A stretch of DNA of 62,789 nucleotides, the filler included, from Choristocarpus tenellus KU-1152 (Eukaryota; Protista; Phaeophyceae), in assembly GCA_964200185.2 (NCBI GenBank). It is 11 parts of 11 records of this genome, joined end to end, with 100 filler letters (N's around TTAATTAATTAA, not from the genome) between each part and the next. Parts side by side here need not be neighbours in the genome. Positions count along the whole stretch, not along the records: positions 20,290 to 24,963 come from CAXNAD020013511.1; positions 25,064 to 27,845 come from CAXNAD020024805.1; positions 27,946 to 39,357 come from CAXNAD020002333.1; positions 39,458 to 45,147 come from CAXNAD020009996.1; 7 more parts are not named here. The stretch is one strand, 5' to 3'. The position numbers were made by a program, and so were the translations under genes. Positions within the stretch are counted from its first letter, which is position 1; the number at the start of each line of letters is the position of its first letter. Below are positions 23,986 to 39,479 of this stretch, piece after piece. The notes under the pieces were generated by a model. It searched no databases and was not told where the DNA came from. It was given only the letters and a program-made list of their open reading frames with translations.

Positions 23986-25232
23986 CGGCAAGTCACATCA
24001 GTACTGCCTCCAACATAAAGGTAGATTAATCGAAAGAGGACCAACTAGAAGATGACGATCTGGAAGACGAACTCGAGGATGATGAACCTGAGGATGATGA
24101 CATTCGTTCTCTCTCACCGTCTTCATCCGTTTGTCCATCTTGAACCAGATGTGGTACAGGTAATACCTCTGTAGTCCCAAGTACATTGCTGCGAACAATA
24201 ACAGAGAGCAAATCGAAACATCAAGAATTCCGTTCAGATTTGCCTTGAAAATTGTCAAGAATGGTCTCATCCACCCTCCGTTCAGTTTCGCCTCTTTCAG
24301 AAATGCCGTATACTTGTCATTTGTCACGATTTTCCGTTTCGAAATGCCCAAAAAAGGAACAAAAAGCAAAACGAAACGGGGGTGAAAACGTGCGTATAGG
24401 AGATGACCTAATCTGAGTTTGTAGACAGAAGAATTCTGGTTGACTGGGGGGACAGGACAAGGGAGGGTAGAGAAAAGAAAAGATAGCGGATGCTGCGTTC
24501 AAGGTAGCAGCAAGGAAAACTGTTGCTGCCAAGATCATGGCATTCTTGAGGGAGGCATGGGTCGATGCGAACTCTGAGAGTGGTCTCAACAATGCCAGCG
24601 CTGGCAAAGCAGCTGATTCTACAACGCCATCACGTCTCTGGCGCAGATTTGTGTAGATGAAGGTAAAATACGACCATTAATTCTCAAGTGTTTCTTCACG
24701 TCATCAGATATCAATGATTTCTCTTTTAACAGCGGATCATGATAATGGCGGATGGATCATTTCATGGAGGATGGGTTTGACCGAAATGGTGCGCGGAAAG
24801 TGCCCATATGTTTTTTTTTGTAAATTTCATAAAACCTTTTTAGGACCCCTTTTTGAAAGGGATGTATTATTTTTTGAAAAAAAATTCGACGCTTGTTGTG
24901 GAGGGTACCGCTACGATTCGGAAGCGACGTCGACCAAGCCAAAGGTAGAAGGACAGACGGGCCNNNNNNNNNNNNNNNNNNNNNNNNNNNNNNNNNNNNN
25001 NNNNNNNTTAATTAATTAANNNNNNNNNNNNNNNNNNNNNNNNNNNNNNNNNNNNNNNNNNNNCCCCCCCTCTGCCAAACAACAAAACCAATTTTAAAAA
25101 TCTCCAAAATATACACACATTTTTTTTTTTACGCATTTTCATACCAATATACCTCAAATAAAACAGAAAACAAGTTTCAACAGCACTAAAAAAAAAACAT
25201 ATAAAAGAGTGCTAGCCTCCAAAAAACCCTAA

Positions 25233-27735
25233 CCTTGACTAAATATCTTCTTTCTGAATTTGCCTCTTGTATCAAAAGTACCTCCCCCAATAGTGAAACA
25301 GGTTCAGCTATAATCTAGGTAGGCGTTTTTATGTGTGTGTTACGTGTGTTATGTGTCTGTTGTATGTGTTGTGTGTTTGTCATTGTGTTAGGTGTGTGTT
25401 GTGTGTGTTGTGTGTGTTGTGTTGTGTTGTGTTGTGTGTGTTACGTGTGTGTGTGCATGTCTGCTGAATAAACGCACCCTAAAGTCCCACCACCGGTACA
25501 CATTATACCCTACTTAACTACAAACTGTCCACGCACTCGTACATTTTTCTTCTAATGCAAAAAATATGTATCAAAACAAGAGCAAACAAAAAGATAAGCA
25601 AAAAAAAAAAACTCAAGAGCCACAACCCCAACACCAAAAAAAAACACATCAAAAAATGATAAATACTACCCCTTTCCCCCCACCACCAGCATCAATAATA
25701 TCAAAATATCAATATCAGCGAGCCTTTCGGCTTCCAGTCCCAGTTGACTAGGGTTAGGGGAAAGGAACAACATCCACCTGCACACCACAACGATCCCCTT
25801 CCCCCATCGCCATCCAAGGTGTACGTGCGTAAAACCAATGCCAACAAAACACACCCAGAGAGGCAGGCAGAGTGAAAGCACAAACGCACACAAAAAATAA
25901 ATAAATAATAAATAAATAAAAATATCAGACATCTCTTTCAGTCCCCTTAAACCTAGTGCACCAGTGTATTACACCCAATATATATTTACAGTTAAGAGCA
26001 CCGTTGACTAAAAACTGCCCACAGCCTAGACCCTGACCCACCCACCCACCCCTGCCCCCCCTCCCCCCTCACCCATCCTCAACCTCTAAGTGTTTAGAAA
26101 AACAGAATAAAACGCTGCACTTGAGCAAAAACTCAAACCCCAGGTAACCCTCGAAATAATATATATATTCATACATATACTCTCTAAATATTGTAAGCAT
26201 TATTTACTGATCTCTTACACTACCTACTGCTCTGTACACCTATAAACACATACACAAATACATACACAAATACATACACAAATACATACATACATACATA
26301 CACATACAAATATGCACATACAAATATACATACATACACAGGATATATACATAATACATCATACATACATACATACATACATACATACATACATACATAC
26401 ATACATACATACACACATAAATGTAGGATATATCTCACCCTCTCGCCTGTAGTTGGAGGACAAAAACGCCACCGCCAGTTTTCCAACCATCTTGATCCCA
26501 CCCCTCCCCAAATACAGGAGGTTTTCTGCCACCTCAGTCGCCTCCGCTGACAACAAAAAAAACAAAAAGAGGGGGGGGGGGAAATAGCGGGAACACCCTA
26601 AAAAATAAAAATAAAAAATAAGAGGAATGCTGAAAAGAAGAAAAAAAAGTTTCTCCACGAACAGCACCAGTATTTACTTTTTTTCGTATCTCACAAACAG
26701 CAATAAATAAGTAAATAAACAAACATTTTTTTACAAAAGTGGTACAAAAAAAAGAAATGATCAAGGACATCAAAAATGAAAATAATTTTTTTTTTAACAC
26801 TTCGGATTCGGGTTGATAAGATTTTTTTTGTTTAATTTCAAGCAGTCACCCTCATACAATACGATCACGCATTACCCCACTTTACGTTGTGGGCCTGAAC
26901 AGAAATTGCAGCATTCATCAATGCCATTTCTAAACCAATATCCCTAACCCTAACCCTAACCCTAACCCTAACCCTAACCCTAACCCTAACCCTAACCCCA
27001 ACCCCAACCCCACTGCCCCTCTCCAACGGCCATAATGACCCCCCATGCCTTAAGCTCTAGCACCACCAATACATGGCAAGAAAAACGCCATACTTTTTCA
27101 GGCCCATCCAAAAAAACGTGTAACTGACGCTTCCGTAAACAAAAAAAGTAAATTGTTACTACCCTTCAAGTCACCATTGGGTATCTGGCAGACATTGAGC
27201 AGGTGCACGAAAACGGTCCAACAACGGTCTTGGAATCATGAAATTCATATCCCCCCCCACCCATCACGGACCTCGTTACACACTTGCCTAATCCTACACC
27301 CTAGGCCCTATAATGGTGCTTCATTTTCCGTAAACATAAACCCGATCCCCCGAATTTGAACCCACAATAACAATAACAATAACAGCAGCAGCAATAAAAA
27401 TAATAATAATAAAAATAATAATAATATTTTTTTTTAATAATAATAATAATAATAATAGTAACAATAATAACAATAACAATAATAATAATAGTAATAATAA
27501 CAATAATAATAGTAACAATAATAACAATAATAACAGTAATAATAATAATAATAACAATAATAATAAAAACAATAACAGTAAGAAAAATATCAGCAACAAC
27601 ACAAAGTTAAAACATTTTTCTTTTTTATGGTATACAATTTCCCAACAATTTTTTGGCACACTCCGGATGGCCCAACCCGTGGGAATCGAATGCAACGACC
27701 ACTCTCTCGCCTGTAACAGTAGCACCGATTGGGCA
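25233..27735 (-). CDS. Putative multi-exon gene fragment embedded in microsatellite-rich introns; unknown product
   Basis: Short complex islands between simple repeats read as peptides on the minus strand, several with GT/AG borders (e.g. AEATEVAENLLYLGRGGIKMVGKLAVAFLSSNYRRE ~26548-26440; IIAEPVSLLGEVLLIQEANSERRYLVK ~25315-25235). Phases not fully resolved. Confidence 0.4.
26243..26416. repeat. (TACA)n / (TACACAAA) microsatellite; also a GT/GTGTT tract at ~25330-25455
   Basis: Directly visible. Confidence 0.9.
26942..27007 (-). repeat. Interstitial telomere-like tract (CCCTAA)9(CCCCAA)2
   Basis: Directly visible; internal to the contig. Confidence 0.92.
27366..27580. repeat. (AAT/AAC/AGT)n trinucleotide microsatellite
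   Basis: Directly visible; source of the spurious poly-Leu ORF 27321-27725. Confidence 0.9.
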
Positions 27736-27945
27736 TCTTTACAGTAAAAAAAAAAAAGAAACCAAAAAAGACAAGAAAAACTCGTGATTCGAGTTATTTA
27801 GTTGTGGTAAGGGGATGGGTGTATTGCAAAGGGGAAAGAAAAAATNNNNNNNNNNNNNNNNNNNNNNNNNNNNNNNNNNNNNNNNNNNNTTAATTAATTA
27901 ANNNNNNNNNNNNNNNNNNNNNNNNNNNNNNNNNNNNNNNNNNNN

Positions 27946-28038
27946 ATACGTCGGATGGATAATGTAAATGCCCTTTTCCTTATTTTGGACCAAACGGACA
28001 CCCTGGTGTAGACCCCCCCCCCCCAGATACTTTGGGTC
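27946..28038. mobile_element. MITE family A, partial at contig start
   Basis: ...GGACACCCTGGTGTAGACCCCCCCCCCCAGATACTTTGGGTC. Confidence 0.85.
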
Positions 28039-29896
28039 ATTATGACCCATCAATCAAAACCTACTCTTGGGGCAAAATCAGCACATGAATCTATTAACAA
28101 CCAACGTTGGCTTTAACAGAAGTGTTCAGAGTCCTTGCACGGCATACTCTCCTACCATTGGGTGCAACTGATGGTGTTATGCCTCCACCCTCATATACTT
28201 GACAGGCAACACCATCAAGCAACATTAGAGTGCTTATATCCTGTACTCCTCTAAGGGTCATGCAGCACTGATCGTTCTCGCAGCCACGCCGAGCCCCCCC
28301 TCAACTGGTCCGGTTAGGGACATACCACCCTGAGGTGGCCCCTCCCTCCTGTGCCACAGCTAGCCAGTTCCAACAACATTTCTTTTGTCCTTAAATCTAT
28401 TTGGCATCTCTCTTTCGACCTGCTGGTCATCACAGCTCACAAAACAGGCCAAGGAGGGGGATGGTCGTTGTCAGGGCGAAAAAAAACAACGGCAACCAAG
28501 CACTACTCGAGTACGCCATCGTACGTGTTCGTGGCGTTTACTGTAACTGCATTACTCTCGAGTTATAGTGCATCGTTACCTCCATACGTTCCTAGTTACG
28601 TACATACAGAGCAGGTACTTTCTCTGTTCAGAATTAAATCTAACGTATCTATTGTGCAAGGCTCCATTCTCACCCGGGAATGACCCACGAGATAAACCTT
28701 CTGGACGAGGCCTTAGTTCTCATATAGATGAGAGGCATGCAAAGTTTGAGATGGTGGGCTACCATGATTGTGGAGGATCACCAGTGTAAAGTCGACCAAG
28801 CTGCACTCGATGGGGTTCAAAAACCTCGTGAAACTGTCAAAGTGGGTGTTTATTGGGATGCCTAGGACAAAGGCCCCCCGTCATCCAAGTGGCTTGCTCA
28901 TCCATTGTTGTCCATCAGTCCCAAATCTTCAACCCAGAAGTCTCTCCAGGGTCCAGACTCAAACACCCCAACGAAGAGCAGCGTAGTGGCACAATGCCTG
29001 GAGGCGAGAGGGCACGAGACTCAGATGTCTTGGGGGACAGCAGCGACCATCACGGAGGACTTTGAAATTTCCCGAATCATCGTGTTCCATCATTGAAGGA
29101 GGAGTTTGACAGTAAGATTGCACGGGGTGCATGCACAGATCTTATTCAACGCTACCAGGGGCGATGTGGTCACTGTACAAGTATCCTCGATGTTTGAGAT
29201 CTCCTAAGAATGCCACATGGGTGTCATCACTCGGTAGGAGTAAGTGTGTACCAATGAGCTCATATGCAACAACGAAGGGTAGGCACCTCTCAACTCTCTT
29301 ATTTTATCAGAGAGGCCAAATGAGCAAGTTAAGCGCCTATATAATTTTCCAAAATTTATATACCTTCCAGTCCTACTGAGTGCCTGCCGGACACCTAAGG
29401 ACACAATATGATAACTAAACTCCCTCACTGAGTATACATCCCTGAGGCATCAATGTATTCATCTATATCAATATGTAGACACTACCATAATGGTTTCCAC
29501 CAGTACAGAGGTATCATAGACACCTAGCATGACATGGTAAAGTGCCTGCAACTTGCCCTCACCAATTCCAGTATCAATCAAATCCTCCCATCGCATTTAT
29601 CCTATTGTTGCTAATGCATGGCATGTGACCTGTAGTTTCTGACTGGTCAGCACACAGCATCCAGACAAACAGGTTCCCCATCTAACCCAACAATAGCTAT
29701 TGTGTTGAAGTAATTTGTACAAGGGGGTCAGGGGTACCTGTTTACATATATTAGTATGAATGCCATCCTGATGGCCACAACAACGTGTGGTACAGATTAC
29801 TGATCATATACGACCCCTATTTTGCCTTGTCGCCCAGACAATTTAATCCATAAATCTGACCCCAACATTGATTGACATTTTCTCGGGGCAAAAGGT

Positions 29897-30090
29897 TTCC
29901 TCTGTCCCATATGTCTGGACCGTTAAGTTGTAGCTCTTCGGGATGACCTCCGGTTACAAAACAAACTTTTATTTGACATTAAAAAGCTAAATTTCAAAGG
30001 ATTCTACAAATAATTATATTCTGAAATGGTTCCGGAATGGAACACAGAATAAAGCATATTCTTATTCCCTCTGTTCTTGAAGTCTGTCTT
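29897..30090. mobile_element. Mariner/Stowaway-like TIR remnants
   Basis: TTCCTCTGTCCCATATGTCTG...GGGATGACCTCC (29897-29951) and TATTCCCTCTGTTCTTGAAGTCTG (~30063) resemble the reverse complement of the mariner end at 54085-54142. Confidence 0.5.
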
Positions 30091-31967
30091 GTTATAGTTT
30101 TTCGTGAATAACTTTTTCAAATGTGAGAATTCAGAAATAGCAAATAATTTCGTTGATGGACAACAACATTGACTTGCGCATAGATATGTTCAAACTAATT
30201 TTTCATTTAGAAATGGCCCTCTGAACATAACTTTTTTTTTCGAAATGGCAGATTTAGTAAAAATAGCAAAACCGATCAAAAATGGCTGGGAATTTTGGTT
30301 AGTGGCCCATAAGGTCTCAGTGAGACCTCCGATGAAGACGCGTTGGACTCCTTGGCGTTTTTTGCATTAAACGAATTACTCATCACTCGCATTTTCTCCT
30401 GAGAATGTTCTCGATCACTTGATCCCCGTTGACAGAGACGCGTACAACGCGGTCACAACTTAGTGGATTGAGCGAGAGAATGAGAACACCAAGTTCTTGA
30501 CCACATCCAAAGTTTTCAATTTGCAAATGTCAAAAAGCTCACACCGAGAGAAGTCCATTTGCAGAGGCATTCCAAATATCATAATGGGACCTGAATACTA
30601 CTCTTCAACAACCTTTGGCAACATCACTTTTATGTTTTTCATGTTGTCTTCCCTCTGCCTTTCTCCTTTCGACTTCTTTAGGGTTTTGTAGCAACAAAGG
30701 CTGGAAATGTTTCAATTCTTGAACTTTTCTAGATTTTATGTCATTCACTCAATTTCCCCTACCTAAAGCCTCCACAAAGGTCTCTCAAACAAAATCTGAC
30801 ATGCCTTTCATATGTACCTAAACATACATATATATATATCATAGAATTTAAAATGACATTTTCTAGGGCTTCACTACCGATAAGATCATCCAGGAACACC
30901 ACCTTATCACACCCTACTTTCTTTACTGTTATCTGAACAGTGCCCTCATGTGCTTAACTGCGATGCATCTATGCTGACTGGTCGTAAGGTTCGTTTCTGA
31001 ATAAGTTCACAGAAGTCTTTAACCAGAAATTGCCCCCACATGATGAGTCTCCTCCCCAGATAATATGGAGATTCTATTTTATGAAAATCTGTTTTTTTTT
31101 AGATGTTTTGGTGTCTTTATTCGTTGTCGTTTTTGGTATAATCCATAGGAGCGTTTTTCACTGCAAGCCCCAAGAAGAGCAAAATACTGACTATTAATTA
31201 TTGGAGCGAAATCAGCTTAACCACTGGCATCATGAGTAGCTCAGTGAGGTGGTTGTGAATAGCCAATATACAGATTTTTCTTGTATTATGGGAAGAATGC
31301 TGCGACCAACTCCCAGAGGTCAGCCTCCCGGACCACGAAATCACTGATACGCACAAATGCAAAATGCTAGGTATGCTGAACCACCAGTTGGGAGAAATTC
31401 ATCCCACACAAGAAATGTCTTGTACTTTCGCTGGGGACAGAGATGGTACGATGATCCTCCAGATAATGCATCGTGGCTACGTGACATGATGAGAGACTTG
31501 CCCATCACAAAGCAGAAGACACTTCTTATGTGGAGTTAGTTCCTCCTTTCTGATGGTACAGCACACCTAATATTCCATTGTATATATCGCTCTAAGTTTC
31601 GACACTCCTTCCAAGCGTTGGTCGTATGACCAAATTGTCTAAATACTATCCAGTAGTGAGGGTACCTACCAGAATCACTCAAGACTCCAAGAATCATTCA
31701 TACTATAAATTCCAGAAAGTCTCGAACAGACTTCCAACGGCACTTATCCCAGACCAGACTGTTGGGAGGACAATGCCAAGCTTATTGTGGGATGGAAAGA
31801 ACCTTAACCACCAATTCATGGTGGAATGTGTAATATGTGTTGATACTACTGATATGAGCACGCCTCGCAAGGTTAAAATGTTCAGTTTGAGGACAACAAT
31901 GGTGTAGAGGTTGAACTCACTAGGCACTGCCACTTCTTTATTCAAGGAGAGGATATCAGCAGTGACC

Positions 31968-34826
31968 ATGAACAAGGGCCGTGCCACAATCGTACTTCTT
32001 GCAGTCGTAACCAGCTGGCAAGCAGGGGCATTGATGGCGGTTTGGCCGACGGGTTTAGCACGATTTAGTGCTCGTTGTAGCTACTCTGTTAGACACAGTG
32101 AACCTTCTCGATTTGTTGGGGCACTTAGTCTGCGATGCACATCAAAAAATACTGAAGGAGAGGGGGATGGTACCGATCCGTTATCCATGGATGGGGATAG
32201 GAGCGCGATAAGGGGTCCGAAGGGTAAGACATGCTTGGGAAACGGAAGAGTGCCTGAAGACAGTGTAGTTGTTAGTGTGTCCGACGAAGACAATAATGCA
32301 CCCATCGACTGGGTTCTCTCTCGTCGATTACCAGTGAACTCCCGGCGCTACTACCGAAAACTTATCCAGGAGGGTGGTGTGAAGGTAAATGGTAAGACCA
32401 TGAAGAGGTTCGCGCGGGTGAAGAGTGGATCAAATATCCAGTTGGCGAGGAGTTCACCAGGCAAGATGTCCGGTCCTAAGCCATTGTTACTTAAGCCGGA
32501 GAATTTAGACCTGGTTGTGGAGTACGAGGATGAGCATCTGGTGGCTGTGCGTAAGCCAGGGGGTATGGTAGTGCAGCCTTGTGAAGGAGCTCGCAAAGGC
32601 ACTGTTCTGCATGGCCTTTTGCACCATTTGATTGCAACAAAGCAGGTGAAAAAGGATGACCCTGTGGCTGCCCAGCGCCTTTTGCAAGGCATAGTTCACC
32701 GACTGGACAAGGACACGTCGGGAATCATGGTCGTTGCAAAGGTGAAACTGCTTCTTCCACCTCTTTCTTGCATATTTTAGTAGTCCTCAAGTCGCGTATA
32801 TCATGGTCGCTCAACGAGATGTTAATTGTACTTCCCAAATATGCCGCCCTGAAAGACCCTCGAGGCCTCCTCGAAGCTTTCAGGACTGTTCAAGAATCAA
32901 GAGGTGCACAAGGGCTACTTGGCGGTGTGCCATGGAGACCCTGGCCGTGAGACTTTGGTGAAAGCCCCAGTATATCGCCGAAGTAGCGGGAAGATGGCAG
33001 CTGTGTGGCCTGAGGAGGCAGAGATATTTGGTGCCAAGGATGCCGAGACATGGATCCGCAATGTGGCAACCTCTCGAGGTAAATTTCAATGGACAAAGAA
33101 TGTACAGATGAATAGCTTGTCACAGAATAACAAAATACTCCTCTGTCAGACTGTGTTCATGGTGAGGCCCGTTTGCTTGACAGACGCTAAAGCTTACTGT
33201 AAATAGTTGTTCTACTGCATTTTTGTCGCGGAATGATTCCCCTTTCATTGAATATAGAAACCGATTGAGTGTAACTTACAGCTGTACCAAAGTTTATGTC
33301 ATGATCAAATATGATCCAATTGCACCCCCTCCACCCCTTGAGCAGGAACAAGCCTGTGCGAAGCGGAGATCACAACTGGACGCATGCATCAAGTTCGGGT
33401 TCACCTAAAGGTGGGCAGAGGAGTGTACAACGTTTTATCGTGCTTGTTTTTTGAAGTAAAAAAAAAAGAGTTATCGTTAGATTTGTATGTTATTTTGCAT
33501 TGCACCGTGCCACTATGTGCCCTGTCCTTCAAATGGAAGCAAGGCATTTATGTTGAGGTTGAGCAGATCCCATTATGTTAAGTGCTTATTTAGTACAAAA
33601 ACTTGATTTGACTTAAAGTCTACTGACCCCACCAAAGGTTTTGGTACAGGTTTTCTTCCCTTATTTTTAGATGGACCGATGCCTCAGTTTACTTGAAAGT
33701 TTATTAGGGATTGTTCTTGTTAGTGAGGCGTTTGCGTATGCCTCCTCCCGAACATTCAAGAGGTTAGTCTTGAGGCTTGTTGCGGCACACTCTGGAATGA
33801 ACTTGGATATCTAGGGGTGCCTTTACCCCCCTTTTTTAGCCACCACTAAAAACTCTTCCTGCCATCATACTGTTGCATTTTTTCGGAACAATGCACACAA
33901 CATTTTTTCTCTAAGACTGGTAGTTATTTGAAAGACTCTCAATGTCTCAGCCATCATTCTGCTGGGCTCCATGAACAGCAACAATTCTTGGAGTGTGCTT
34001 AGACTTGCAGTTTCACTGGTTCTGGCATCTTGACTGAAATGTTATTCATGGACAGATGCACCACGTGCATTGTGGTGGTAAGAGTGTATACACCCTAGAT
34101 CTATACCGAAATGCTTGTAGTCCTCATCTTGGCTGCCATGGACCACTGTAATATGGGGAAAAGCTATTTTTGAGTGTTCATTGTGCCCCAATTGTGTTGT
34201 CCCTTGCCGTTTTTTCCTAACCTACAAACCTACACACCTCTAAAATAGCCTCTTTCTGTGGTTGCTCTGAGCGTAAACAAGAATGAACTCTCTATCCTGC
34301 ACTTTCAACCTTTTTTTGGAGTAGTTCTCCCTTCCACCCTTTCTCCCCACAGTGTATGTCTTCCATTTGCCCCTCTCAAATTTTCCTCTCCACTTCCTTT
34401 GTCCATCTTAATCCCCATCATTACTCTGACCAGTTCAAGGGCTATCCCATTGTTGGAGACCGTGTGTATGGGGACCCTGAGCTGAATGCCCGGGTGGCGA
34501 GGCGAAGCGTGAGCCGTATTGATGTCAAGCGACCACTCCTTCATGCAGCAACCCTGGAGTTCCGACACCCTTACACTAAGAATTTCCTGTCCCTGAAGGC
34601 CCCCATGCCAGAGGACATGTGGGATGTGGCAAGTAGGATACTCCGTGCATCTGGAACCCCTGCACAAATCCGCAAATTCAAAGACCTGCAGGGAGTGGAT
34701 GCTAAGGATCATCGCCCTCGCCATCAGGAGAAGGCCAGACCCAGTGATAAGGGGAGGAACCCACATTTAGCGCCATGGGTGGTTGGATGGGATTCGGGTG
34801 CACCTATTGATGACAGCAGACAATAG
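31968..34826 (+). CDS. RluA/RluD-family RNA pseudouridine synthase with S4 domain and N-terminal targeting peptide (exons 31968-32741, 32856-33078, 33346-33410, 34434-34826; 484 aa)
   Basis: Motifs YEDEHLVAVRKPGGMVVQP, HRLDKDTSG (catalytic Asp), KGYLAVCHG, TGRMHQVRVH, GYPIVGDRVYG, LLHAATLEFRHP. Splice phases 0/1/0 are consistent. Confidence 0.93.
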
Positions 34827-36828
34827 GTATGCTTCATTGAAACCATAGAAAATTAATTGCATGGTCTGAGATTTTTAGAGAGATATCCTGAGGAACAATA
34901 CGCTGTTGTTTAGTGCCCAGTTTTGTTTTTTGTAATGTTTTTTTAGGATGGGACTGTGCACAACTATTTATTTTCAGCCTGTTCTGCCCTCCCATGGGTC
35001 CTGTGTGTGGTGAGTGATACGGAGTTAAGAGTCATGCTAAGCCTTGGATAAAACTCTGTGTAGTGATAGAAAATTGTATACTGGCTATGTGGTGTGGATA
35101 TCCCAGTTCATTGATGTATTACAGGAGTGTGAGGCAATTCTGCCAGTTAGGGTCAAACCTCACCTGACAGGTTTTTTTACTCGCTTGAAAGACATCTTGG
35201 TGATGACTGGAGGAGGGAGTGGCAGAGCTGCGGCTTTATTTATGACAGTCAAACTTGACACACACACCCTGCAAAGATGTCCCCACTGCATATCTGGTCA
35301 AGACCGCACTATTATGAGCACCTGGATGACAGTTATTGTCCTTGCTGTCATGAGGTAGTCCATGTGTACCAGCTTCACATGCTACAGCACTGAACTCTTG
35401 CGAACTGTTGTATTGCACCATGCCAACATTAGAGGTAACCAATCCTCATAGAATGGTGAGATATGCTTACAACACTCAAGATAAAGGGCAGAGTTGGAAG
35501 ATGTTGAGCTTACCTGTGAAGACATTTAATTGGCTCTGGTGATATGCCGTAAGTGTGCCAGGCAGTCACATGTGTCTTCTACGTACACAGCTAGCCGTCG
35601 ACTTGGCAGTTGTATGGGTTCGTTCCTATTGCCCCTTTCCTCTATGCTTCCCCTAAAACAGCCTAATCCAAGTTTTCAATGTAATAGGCTTTGCATAGGA
35701 ATCAATCCATTTCTTGTTTTGACCCACCCAGTCCCTGCTCTTCCCTTTTACTATTCATCTTTGGTTAACTCCTGTAGCAATTTCTGGTGTATTATGATGC
35801 TCGCTTCTGTGAAGAGTACCACATGTACTAATACGTAGTTTATTGGTGCTTTTGCCAGCATTTTGCAGAGGTCTCTGAATGCTCCTTCAAAGGACCTGTT
35901 CACTGTCTGCAGATAAAAGCTTAACATTATTTTGACAATCTTTGTTGCTGCACTTGTTCAGAAATGGAATGTAGATAAGGCCCCATACATGAGCAAAGAA
36001 CCAGCCCCTCTTGCTAAAATAAAAGTACACAACTTTGAACTTCATATCTAGGAGAGATACGAGGTTGAGGTATGTATACACCTCTGTTACATTGATCTAA
36101 GTTGATTGTTGTCAAGATCAAAGAGACCTGTCTTGGTTCCAATGGAGGTACTGCGAGCAGCTTTAATACTGGTGTTACACTCATGTATATAAAGACACAA
36201 CAATTTAGAAGACTCTCCATCCTAACAAAAATTGGGAGGTGTTTCTAACACAACCATACCGCAACGACACAGCAGAAAAAAAAATCTCTCCATAGTCATA
36301 TAGTGTCCACATATACACTATACAGAATGTAAGGCAGTCCTTTCGCTGGGAGGGACTTGGCAGGGACACGCAGGCACTGTTTAGACACAACTCCTTGTTT
36401 GACACCACAATGGAACTATGCTTGGTAGATCGCAAAAGGCCCTACCCCGCCGATTTTTCACAAGGAATCCAATTATCCACCAATTATCCACCTTGCTCAC
36501 ATATTTGTCTCTCGAAAGAAATCATTCTAGTAGAGCGATTGCTGGTTTACACTTGACAGAATTTTGGCTATCTCATCAATATCAGCACCACCATATCTAC
36601 ACTCTCGATCTCATCAATATCAAAGAGGTTACTAACTGATAGGCAATCGACCAGGCCCCGAGTGCCTACAACTGCCGTTTGCTCAATAACAAAAAAAAAC
36701 AGGAAACACCAATAATAGTTCCAAAACCAAGCCCCCCTCCATTGCTCACCACACCACCACAACTTGAATTGGTAATAGTAGATGTCGCAGCTGTTCAGCC
36801 TCTTTCACCTCTTCCGTGCAATGCCGAG

Positions 36829-39225
<2,397 letters not shown>

Positions 39226-39457
39226 CTCCAGGCATGGACAGGTTAGTGGGAGGCCAGTAGTACAAAGGTTGGGTGATTGAGGAAGGTTAGGGGAGGGTTT
39301 TTGAATGTGGAGGGGGGGGGGGGCGGTGAGGAGTTAGGGACACAACAACGTTGCCAANNNNNNNNNNNNNNNNNNNNNNNNNNNNNNNNNNNNNNNNNNN
39401 NTTAATTAATTAANNNNNNNNNNNNNNNNNNNNNNNNNNNNNNNNNNNNNNNNNNNN

Positions 39458-39479
39458 CCTTCCCCAGATACTTTAGGTC
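39458..39479. mobile_element. MITE family A terminus at contig start, abutting the Gypsy integrase
   Basis: CCCCAGATACTTTAGGTC. Confidence 0.6.

Larger units (their letters stand above)
20314..24408. mobile_element. Decayed PIF/Harbinger DNA transposon with convergent transposase and partner ORF
   Basis: Right end ...TATAGGAGATGACC followed by TAA (reverse complement GGTCATCTCC, a Harbinger/Tourist-type TIR with TAA/TTA target). Subterminal TTTTTT(C)GGGCAT occurs in inverted orientation at ~20327-20340 and ~24344-24356. Contains the transposase remnant. Confidence 0.8.

Noticed and set aside
20290-24408. Harbinger element as the autonomous parent of MITE families A/B
   Set aside because: Its terminus is GGTCATCTCC with a TAA target, unlike G-R-S-Y-S-AAAGTATCT with mixed 3/4-bp TSDs; the MITEs are insertions into it.
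24420-24963. Coding-like plus-strand stretch (RKEKIADAAFKVAARK...) and CpG-rich contig end
   Set aside because: Short, no start or domain; possibly another TE remnant but unclassifiable by eye.
27321-27725. Poly-Leu 134-aa ORF, and similar VCMY/LTLT ORFs at 26220-26501 and 81-278
   Set aside because: Translations of microsatellites and telomere-like repeats.
28768-29100. Possible LINE (RTE-like) 3' remnant (KLSKWVFIGMPRTKAPR...)
   Set aside because: Only a vague resemblance; no RT motif or tail seen.
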